Shown: positions 38,004 through 47,765 of the stretch, in pieces | How positions within the stretch are numbered: position 1 is the stretch's first letter | How the letters are laid out: each line of letters opens with the position of its first letter | DNA from: Dicyema japonicum | Lineage: Eukaryota > Animalia > Dicyemida | Direction: 5' to 3' | Assembly: GCA_011109175.1 (NCBI GenBank) | Contig: RDEW01000038.1 | Location: 273,007-337,006 of the forward strand | DNA: 64,000 bases | Made by a program: the position numbers and the translations under genes | The notes under the pieces: generated by a model | What the model was told of the DNA's origin: nothing | The model's database searches: none | Seen by the model: only the letters and a program-made list of their open reading frames with translations

Positions 38004-38319
38004 AGTGGCCAGGTGTCGGGCTAAAGTGATTTAGGCTACGGGTTCGATTCTCGCTGCTGTTCGCCTGGTAAAAGGTTCTACGCATCTACGATGCTAAAAG
38101 GGATTGACGAGTGCCGCCGTCATCAGTGGATTCTCATTGCGGAACTGGATTGTCTAGAAAGGACCCACACATAAGAGAAAAGAAATAAAAGAAGTGAAGA
38201 GCATTCCTCGGTTCTACGATTAGTTAAAATTAACTGTTCTTTACTTAAATAAAGTGTGTGTCCTGCCTATGCGGAGCTATAAATATTATGGCTCACGTGA
38301 AAAGGTTGTTATTATTATT
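38004..38319 (+). mobile_element. tRNA-headed SINE, copy B, with (TTA)n tail
   Basis: B box ggttcgattctc. 13-bp TSD atgtgcattggaa at 37991-38003 and 38320-38332. Confidence 0.88.
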
Positions 38320-38479
38320 ATGTGCATTGGAATAATTTTTTTCACAAGTTGATAAACAAACCTAAAAATAATTTTTTACATTCTAACCTCTACACGATTG
38401 TTTGATATAATCTTTTAAAACTCGAACCTACATTTAATTACTTAATAAAAACTTGATCCCTTATAGAAAACGTGTATTT

Positions 38480-39070
38480 ACCATGATGAACATTTATCTT
38501 TTTGTTCATCCTCTTAAAATAAGGTGAATTCAAATTTGGTTTTATGAACTAAAGTTGAAAGTTTTCTAATTTTAAAATCATTTTTTGTAACCCATTTCAC
38601 AAGCAGACTTTGTAGCTTCGTTATTTGTTTTTTCTAATGACTCATCATACAGAACGACATCAGTATTTACTGTCTCATCGCAAATATCATTTTCCAAATC
38701 TATGCCAAAATTTTAAAAATTAAACAACCATCATTTAGTGTAACAATATTAAGACCAGGAATGGCTTTATACATCTCAAAACATGTTTTTTCCGTTCGAC
38801 GAATGTACATTTATGTTATACATATAAGTGGCACTAGGTAACATTTGAATCCAAGTTTTTTGTAGTGTTTTTGCCATCATTTTTGACAGAATCCGTGTGA
38901 TGGTTTGATTGAATCGATCTATGATACCTTAAAAATATGTACAAACAACTGAATATCTTGAGAACGAGGATTGTTTGGTCTTTCGTGAACTTTTATAATA
39001 ATAAATTAAGTAGTAAGCGCCCGAATATCAGAATTTTTAAAATATGTACCATTGTCTGATTGTAAAATCA
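38480..39070 (-). mobile_element. Ginger2-like integrase remnant
   Basis: LQSDNGTYFKN and HERPNNPRSQ, similar to 32549-32770. Confidence 0.6.
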
Positions 39071-42000
39071 TTAAATTATTAACCCCGGCTTCGCCTGCAA
39101 GTGGGAAGCCGGCGACCATCAGAGAGCGTGCAGTCCGGACAGGCCGCTCCCAGAGATCCTCGACTTTTGCATCCGGTGGTCCAGGGCAGGGAAAAAGGTC
39201 CGAACTACTCTGCCAGCCAGAAAAGGGTGGTGTCCACATCGTAGGCGAGCCAGTCCGATTCTGATCTTCCTCGGGAGCGATTGTTCCGTTGGACTGATAT
39301 CAGGGGGGAAGCGCTCCAAGACTTTGTTATATTGAAGTGTCCTAATGGCCCGTGTTGAGATGAAATCATGGATTCGGCGGGTCCAAGTTGAGTCTACTTG
39401 AGGGGGGTGATCTTCGACAAGGCTCTTTGTAGGTCAAAGAGGGTCCTGCGTATGTATCTGCGGTTATTGTTACTTAGCAGAGCGTGAACTGGGTGATTCG
39501 GGTCGAACGACTGCCGTAGGAATTGTAAATTACGCATTTCCAGGTGGTCATAGAGCGGGAGGATTTTCGACTCCCAATGTAAATGGTCGGTGGGGGTTGA
39601 CTTTAAGCAGCCAGTTATTATTCTCAGCGCCGAGTTTTGCACTTTCTGCAGTTCTTGAGAAAGGGACAAGGAGATTGAGGGGGCCCAACTTGGTGAGGCG
39701 TAGTTGAGTGTAGTCCTGATGAACTGTTTGTAGAGAAGAGTTAAGTTTTCTTTTTGCTGACCGTTTGAGTGGCCAGCTACTGCCCGTAATATGTTAAGTT
39801 TCCGCTTGGCTTTTGTCATTACTTCCTCCACTTGTCTGTTGAAACAGAGTGAAGGATCGAAGACAACTCCAAGGATCTTCGGGTATTTATTTAAGGGGAG
39901 TGGTTCGTCTCCCAACGAGAGTGTGGGGTTTAGGTTGAATTGTCTTCGATCGGTTGTGAACAGGGTAGCTGATGACTTCGAGGTGGAAACACTCATCCAG
40001 TTTAAGTTCATCCAGTCGGATAGCAAGTTCAGGTGGTACTGCACTTTTTCGGTGGCCAGTCGAACATCGCCACTCCTGGATGCGATTACTAGATCATCGG
40101 CATATGTCAATAGTAACGTATTTTGGGTTGTTGGGATGTCTTTGACGTAAAGGTTGAAAAGTGAGGGTGAAAGGACTGATCCCTGGGGAACACCGTTTGG
40201 TAGGAGTCGATATCTTGATAGATTTGAATATAGACACGTATGACCCAGTCTTCCCGAGAGGAAATTTGTGAGCCATGACTTCCATACAGAGGGAATATTT
40301 GAAGAATAGATCTTGTTGCAGAGGACCACACGGGAGATTCTGTCGAAAGCTTTAGTTAGGTCAATAGAGGCCAAGACAGTTCGTTCCGGGGGTTTGCAGT
40401 TGTTGAAACCGTTGGAGATGTATTGGGTTAGTGTCAGTAAGTGCGTGGTGGTCGAGTGTAAAGGACGGAAACCATGTTGTGAGTCGGAGAGGTCGAGGTA
40501 GGGGGTGATTTCGTTAAGAATGATCCTTTCGAGGATTTTTGAGACAACAGATGTTAAGGAAATTGGCCTGAACGAAGAGGGCAAGGAGGAGGCTTTGTTG
40601 TTCTTGAGTATTGGGATAATGTTCGACTTCTTCCATAACATCGGGATGAAACACCTGTTGATGGAGAATTCGTAGATATCTTTAAGTGCCAAGAGCCCGT
40701 TTGGACCGAGGTGCTTTAGGTGGAATATGCTGATCCGATCGGGTCCCGTGGCTGGTGAGTTTCTTGAGTTTGTAATGAGGTTTTGAACATGACTTATTGA
40801 TACTTCGAATCGTGCCTTTGTTACCCTTGGGGGTTTAGTAATATGAGGTCGATTTTCTTTATTCATTGGAATATGACTCATTTTGCAATAGTGAGTCATC
40901 AAGTCATTTGCCTGGCAGTGGAAATCTTTCGTTTGGTTGTCCTTTCCAAGTCTACCTCCATGGGTTGTGCTCGATTCGGTTTGATTTGATTGTATTTCTC
41001 TGATAAATCTCCAGAAACTTTGGGGTTTTGATTTTGGATTCAATCGAGAGACGAAAGTGGACCACTTCTCCTTTTTGAGCTCCGTAATGAGGTGGGTTAT
41101 CTTCTTGTTTAGGGAAGAAATTTCATCTTGGAGTTGCTGGTTGGTTGTTCGGGAACGTTTTAGGCGTCTTCTCTCACAGATGAGATCCAATATTTCTTTG
41201 TTGAAAAATAGTTTGTAATCATGGATGAATCCTTTAGGGACGTGCTTTCTATCCGCCGAAAGGATGGCTGAGTTGAAATGTGCAATGGCTTTGTCTGGAG
41301 AGGTAAAATTTTCACAGAGAAGTTTTCCAGCGACGTTTCGACGTCAACCGTGAAGTCGATCCATCTCGCCCTTTTGTAGTTCACATAGGTTCGCCTCGAC
41401 ATAGTTCGTCCGAAATGCAAGAAGATGTCGATCAGAATAGGGTTATGATCTGAGGGTAAGTCATATCTGACATCCCAGTAGATCGATTTTGCAAGGGGAG
41501 CTGAGCATATGGAGAGGTCGGGAGACGTGTTAGGATCCCCAGGGCGTGTTCCACATCTCGTGTGTTGGCGGGGGTTATTAATATCACTAGGTGTTCCAGT
41601 TCAGAGATCACTTGTTTCCCTCTGTGGTCCGAATTCTGGTTTCGGAACCATAGTGGATCTTTAGCGTTTAGATCGCCGCAAATAACTATGTTTTCGTATA
41701 GTTGAAGGAATTCTAGGTTTGGTCGGTAACTCTTCTGGCAGCAAGACGAAGGGGGAATGTAGATATTCAGAATTGTGTAAGGAGTTGACATAATATTGAT
41801 GGTGATGGATAGCAATTCCATATGTTTATCAGAAGCCGCTGTCAATGTGTGGTCAGTGGTATCCGTGAATGGGATGGAGTTGTGAATGAGGGTGACCAGG
41901 CCACCACCGTGAGATCCATTTGATCGCTCAGAACGGAGCAAAGAGTAGTTTTTGAATTTTGGTGTTTGGGAGAAGGCAGACAAACGTGACTCCTGTAGAA

Positions 42001-42103
42001 GGGCAATGTCAATACGGTGTTTAACCAAGTACTCAGCCAATTCGGTATGTTTCGAGGTGATTCCATTTGTGTTAAGTTGTAAGATTCTGATGGGTCTATT
42101 CTG

Positions 42104-42160
42104 CGGCCCTGGGTTTAGTTCAATGTCACCGGATGTCAGGAGGGATTCTTGGGAGCGAAA
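42104..42160 (-). other. Canonical 2A/StopGo peptide (ESLLTSGDIELNPG|P)
   Basis: Exact D(V/I)ExNPGP consensus, in frame, five residues before APE motif RILQLNTNG. Confidence 0.9.
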
Positions 42161-42222
42161 GCTTCGTGCCCGCTCAATGGTCGCCATCGAGATCTCCTTG
42201 AAGAGAGACGATAGGGAAATAG

Positions 42223-42298
42223 TGTGGTTCTTTTTCATGTGTGCTGTGTAGGGCACAGGCACAACCAAATGACACCTCTTTGTGACCACAACGTCATA
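42223..42298 (-). ncRNA. HDV-like ribozyme fold (P3/L3 damaged) at the 5' end of copy 3
   Basis: P1 atgac/gtcat, P2 tgtggt/accaca, J1/4 gg, long P4 gtgc-ctgtg/cacag-cac. P3/L3 is shortened. Confidence 0.55.
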
Positions 42299-42299
42299 T

Positions 42300-43760
42300 A
42301 TTATTTATTATTATTTAAAGCACTCCCGAGAAGTCATAAAATTAATCAAGCCTCCCTTGTGCCGTATTTCTAGCCATCCTCTCTATCAGCCTTTTCCAGG
42401 ACCCTCTACTTCGTGCCAGTTCCCTTAAGGTATCTAGGTCGTCTGCGGAAGTGAGCTTCAGTCCCACAGCCGACAGGTCTCCATTCAAAATAGTTGGGAG
42501 TTGTGACTCTTGGTCTTCCACGGAAAACCGGCTCCCGTATGCATTAGGTAGTTTTCCATGGCGATATTCGCGGGTACTTGAGCATTTAGACGTAAGATAT
42601 GTCCAAAGAGACTCCATCTTGATCTGAAGATCTCCTCGGATAGTATACCAGATTTGCACTTCGAGTAGAGGTCATTGTTTGAGATCTTCTTAGGCCACTT
42701 GATCTTGATTACTGATTTCAATAGTGTCCTGTGGAAAGCGTCAAGACGGTCCATCTCTTGTTTAGAGATTCCCCAAGTGCCTGAATTGTAGGTCAGGACG
42801 GGGATGACAAAAGCCTTATATATTCTGAGTTTGGTGTTTAATCCCATCCTCTTCTTATGACCCCACATATTCGATACTTTCTTTAGTGCACACATTGCGA
42901 GGATTTCCTCCGAGAAACATCTTCTGAGTCCCCGAGAAGCGAACCCACCTTCTTTTGCTTTCTCCAAGACTCGTCCGATCTTCGATCATTGCGTGTAAGT
43001 GTTGTGAACTCTGTTTTATCGGTGTTAACGGTTAAGAACCATTTCGAGAATACGTGTGGAAGAACGTTAAGCATGTGTTGAAGTACTTGAATATCCTCAG
43101 AAACAAAGTCCAGGTCGTCCGCGTAGATTATCTCGTTATAATTGTTGCCAACCAGGGGTCTGAACTCTCTTAGTGCGGCCTCAAGGTAGACAATAAAGAG
43201 GACCGGGGATAGTGAGTCCCCCTGTGGAACTCCACGTGAGGTCGAAAAAAAGTTAGAGGTAGAGTCACCAATTTTGACGGCAAGTTGAGTGTTCCGCATG
43301 AGTAAGTGTATTATTTTGACATCGTCAGGCAGTAGAAAACTCTCCAACACTTCCATAAGTTTTCCACGGTCCACCGAGTCGAACGCACGGGACATGTCGA
43401 TACCAAGTATCTCAATAGATTTTTTGTATTTTTGGCACAGGGCACAATACCACCTGTGCCCCCATACCACGTCAGCCGTGGACCTGCCCGTCCGGAATCC
43501 ACTTTGGCCGTCCGAAAGAAATATGTTCACCCTCTCCTTTATTCGGTTTAAAGCAATGAGGGATAATGTTTTCCGTATGGAGGTTAGGAGTATAATAGGT
43601 CTGAAGTTGTGAGGGGGCCTTTACTTTTTCCCGGTTTTTGTAGTGGAATTAGCCACCCTTTTCCCAGTTCCAGTTCATCTGCACCCTCGAGAGACCGGTT
43701 GAAAATGTTAGTAATCATTTCAATTAGCTCCTCCGGGCCGTATTGTAAAAGTTCTGCAGT
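42300..43760 (-). mobile_element. 5'-truncated RTE-like LINE
   Basis: QSGFRTGRSTAD, IDMSRAFDSV, GVPQGDSLSP, YADD and RWSLFGHILRL. Tail (TAA)n. Confidence 0.92.
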
Positions 43761-43851
43761 AATGAAGTCTGTATTCTTAAGAAATTTAAAAACAATTAGT
43801 TACAACATAAAACAAAAATATCATTACTACAAATAGTTTTTATACATCTAA

Positions 43852-44236
43852 CTACATTCTATGACGTCGAATGTTTCTAATACACTCTGTTGAATGGTTC
43901 TTATCAATAAGGTAGCAGAGTGTAATTATAAAGATATCCTTATAATTACGCATCTTTTTTAGCGATAATGTACCGCTTTCGAAACGTCCAATGGTATTAG
44001 TAGAAATTCTATACCCCAGTGCATTCATCATGTTTGACATGTCCTTTTGGGAGTATTGGAACCTTTTACGCTCGAATTTGAATAAATTGGAAATATTGGA
44101 GTTAGACTCCAATATTTTATTAAATCTGTCATTATGTAAATTTCCTATTTTATTAAGATCAATAATTACTCAATGTGTCAACAATCTTTTGATTTTCCTC
44201 CCAATGAGAGTTGTTGAGAAAATCGTAGCCTTCCAT
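43852..44236 (-). CDS. Small protein with a divergent POU-specific domain and no homeodomain
   Basis: FKFERKRFQYSQKDMSNMMNALGYRISTNTIGRFESGTLSLKKMRNYK aligns to POU-S (FKQRRIKLGFTQxDVG...SQTTIxRFExLxLSxKNMxKLK). ATG at 44236 is joined by a 25-nt phase-1 intron (44145-44169). Confidence 0.7.
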
Positions 44237-44569
44237 AACGATAATAAAATAGAAACGTCGTTAGTCATTAATAAACGAACTAATATACGTATGTAGAACA
44301 AAGTACATATGTTAACAAATTATGATAATTATTTCAACATTAAAGAAATATAAAATTAGGAAATATTACTTTTTATCATATTTCTCTTCTAGCGACGAGT
44401 TCTCCTTCGATCTCCGCTTCCCAGACAATGCACTTTGGATCAGTCGGCATACAAAAATATCCCTTATTGCGATATTTTCTATAAATTTATAGAGGGAGAA
44501 ATTTTATATTGATTATTAACCCCACTTTATTTAACCAACTTCGTAATCAAATCATTTTTTTAAAATAAA

Positions 44570-44665
44570 TTATGACCCTCTTGAACGCTGCTGGTTATTT
44601 GAGCGAATGTCGCTCGCCATCCTGAGAAGGAATAGCCACGCAATCAAGGCATCCGCTAAATAACC
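44570..44665 (+). mobile_element. CRE-like RLE C-terminal scrap
   Basis: WLFERMSLAILRRNSHAI resembles the FQRxSxAIQRGNA motif. Confidence 0.55.
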
Positions 44666-45299
44666 TCTCTTTTCTTTCCTTAATAAAATTCCAGTTACTT
44701 TAACCAACAATAAAAAAGTTAATTTTTAATAATCAACAACCTTCCTCGCCTGCCTATTCGCCAGTCTCCTAAAGCAGGTTCAATTCTCGTTGATGAAACA
44801 ACTCTGAGAGCGCCTTGTCCAATTGAATCCTCTGCTTATATGGCATTTCCGGGCTCTGCCTCCTATACTCCGTATCAGGCTCTCTAGGTACTACTTTAAT
44901 ACGATCTACACCTAACTGCTTCAGATAACCTTTGTGGTACTTTTTGCAATTCTTTCCCACGTCATTACTATTGGAATAATGAGTACCTTGCAACCAAGCA
45001 TCTGTCCAATCTCGTTTGTAAGCGAGTCAAAAAATTTTTTTGCTCTATCTCCACATTTCAGGTTTATCGAAATTCATAGTGCGAAAGATAGAGCGAATCG
45101 TAAAAAGCACAGCACAAATGGAACCCTAAGTATTCATATGTTTATGGGTAACCCAGGAGTGCATTTAATAAACTAACTTAACTATGATTGTCTTAATTGG
45201 CCACGAGGCATCATGTAGTCACATGATTGAAGATTTCTCTTTCTTCAGATGTAATACTCATATCCACCTTACTCAGAAGACACCTGGGCTAGTTTGGAC

Positions 45300-45535
45300 G
45301 TGAAAATTGGGCTAGTTTGTGAATCCTTAAGATAGCAAAGTCCCCTGACCATCCACTCGTACCGCACATCAGACTATATATGGACGCCTTTCCGAGATAT
45401 GAAAAGAAACATTCCCGGCTGTGGAGATTAATCCAGGACTCCAAAACTAACCGCAGGAAAAGGACTGGTATCACTTAACTAGACGATGACTTTTATCATC
45501 TTTCTCGTGATTTTGGGGTTAATAAAATAAATGTA
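45300..45535 (+). mobile_element. Vingi-like LINE 3' end
   Basis: AKSPDHPL...RTGIT* followed by the family 3' UTR and ggggttaataa. Confidence 0.75.
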
Positions 45536-46619
45536 TATATCAGAAAATAGTCACATTTTCGGAACCCTACGGTCTGAATCCACATCTTGAGTATGGGGGA
45601 TAAAACGAAAACATGCATGGTTTGTTAGCTTTGTCTATTTTAGATAACGAATAATTCTCCAACTCAGATTTCGAGCAAGCAGACGCTAAATTCGGTAAAA
45701 TATGAAAATTTGTTAACATTCTGTTTGATTTGGTAGATTTAATGAAATCGACTCTCATTGTCTTGAGGAAGCGGAGGATACTGGAAGTGACTTGAAATAC
45801 GTCTACTTTACTACCTGGTGACTAATTTTACTCATAGACTGAGCGTCCTGACATACAAGAAGATCATCTGTAGGTAATAAAAAGGTTAGAACCATATGAA
45901 GACTCTATAAATCAGCAAACTCGTGAATTGATTTGGATGTTGTCAATTTGCTATCCAAACACAAGATATATGATAAGGTGTCGATTTCCAACTTTGAGGT
46001 TATTTTTGGGTACATAAATAACCTTTCTAAAATGCTGGAGATTAATCAGACGGTGAGTCTGAATTTAATTGGTTTTGATGTGAGTTTTTATTACAGAGGA
46101 AATTGCAGAGTACAAAGAAATAAAGGAAGAGAGATTGGAGAGCTCCGTCAAAATATTATTAATTTATAAAAATAGTTTTTTGTTTTTTTTGTTCAAATTA
46201 TTTTTTTGGTATTTACAGCTCTTGAATAAGTTCATCGACTGGGCAATGTCCACTGTCTCTCATCAGCTACTATGATTTTTTATGTCTTGGTTTATTAATT
46301 TATTTACCATGATTTGTTATTCTTTGGACTGAAAGAGACCTGTGGCTAACAAGAACGTTATAGCAATGAGTTGATGCTCCTATAGATCCGTCAAGTGTAT
46401 TTGATTCTGTACAGAACTCAGATGCGGATCATTATAAACCCTTCAACAAATATAATAGAAATTATTTTTTAGCAGTGATTGCTATAATTTACTAATTGAG
46501 TTAAAACTTCGAAAGTAAAAAACGGCCAAGGATACAGTCAAAACCGTGTTGAATAGCTAGAAAATCTAAAAGACAGATTCAACATTCTCAGCAGACGAAC
46601 AGTAAGGCATGTATCACGT

Positions 46620-47310
46620 ATAACAGAATTACAAGGGTAATGATCAGTTCCAAGGATGAACCGAGTATTTTTGTCCCACTCGGATTCCAGTGACAAGGTC
46701 CCCCACTGTCCTTGGAGTCAAGTACGACAGTCTTCTCAATTTCAACTCCCACGCAACAGACATGATTACCAGGGGCCTCCAGAAAGTTAACGTTATACGC
46801 GCCCTTGTTCGGAGGACCACGAGGAACATGGACTTTTCCGTTTCTACCCTCTACCAACAAACAATCGCGCCTGCCGTTGAGTATGCCTCCGTTGCATGGA
46901 GATTCGGGCTATCGGAGTCTATGGTCCAAAGAATCAACTCAATATACCGGAAAACAATCAGTATGCTTTGCCCACGTAATGGATCAACAGTCGACCCACT
47001 ACTCATGGAAGCTAAAATCCGTAGTCGTGGCTCCGGATTTCTTAGTGTCTGTGAGGAAGATGGAAATCCGCTTCGCCTGATCCTTTCCATGGCAAGAGAA
47101 AACCGATTGGATAAGAAATTCCCCTCCCCGATCGGATTCCTCTGCAAGACCAAGAGAAGGCTCTTCCGGAAAGTAGTGGGGACGATGGAAGATCACAGAC
47201 GTCGAATGGCACAAGTGAGTGCGAGGACTGGTATCACCTAACTGTTTGAATCTTTTGTCTTTCTTTCTCGGTGTTCCCGGGGTTATTAAAATAAATAAAA
47301 ATAAATAAAA
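46620..47310 (+). mobile_element. 5'-truncated Vingi-like LINE
   Basis: LGVKYDSLLNFNSH, YQQTIAPAVEYASVAW and RTGIT*, followed by the family 3' UTR. Confidence 0.8.
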
Positions 47311-47359
47311 CTGTGACTGACTAATCTCCGAAAGCTTTTTATTAAGAATATGAGAGATA

Positions 47360-47750
47360 ACACCCATGAAATGGGGGAGCACAATACAATAAGGTGTTCC
47401 ACGTCGGTAATAACAGTATCGGGAAAGAAGAGATGATCCTCATTGTGATTTAAAAAATTAATCTTGCGAGAGTCCCAGATTACAAATTTCAGGTTGAGTC
47501 GCATAAATCTCGAGTCCATAACTGTTAAGAATGGGAGGAAGTATTCAAGACTTATCACAACCGACTCGATCAAAGCATCGTCCGAACATCGTCCAAATAC
47601 CAACAATTGGCCGATTCGCACCCGCCGCAGACGTCCACTCCGAGTTGTGCAAGTTTCGATTTGGAAGACAGATCATCGATGACCCGCCGCACGAAATTCT
47701 TGAAGCAAGTCTTCGGAATAGACTCCCAACAGGCCTGACTTCGCCAACAG
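47360..47750 (-). mobile_element. CRE-like RT fragment
   Basis: GEVRPVGSLFRRL and QLGVDVCGGCES motifs. Confidence 0.6.
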
Positions 47751-47765
47751 CACGTCAATTTTTAA

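Larger units (their letters stand above)
39075..42298 (-). mobile_element. Best-preserved Ingi/Vingi-like retrotransposon, copy 3
   Basis: 285-aa ORF (2A + APE) and a 598-aa uninterrupted RT ORF, with a few frameshifts between them. C-terminal LARLRCGHH. 3' hairpin ccggcttc/gaagccgg + ggttaataat. Confidence 0.92.

Noticed and set aside
39791-40501. Plus-strand ORFs over RT regions (here and many similar)
   Set aside because: Antisense shadows of retrotransposon ORFs.
44700-45290. Possible Gypsy protease/RT remnant
   Set aside because: Too decayed; no diagnostic motif could be read with confidence.
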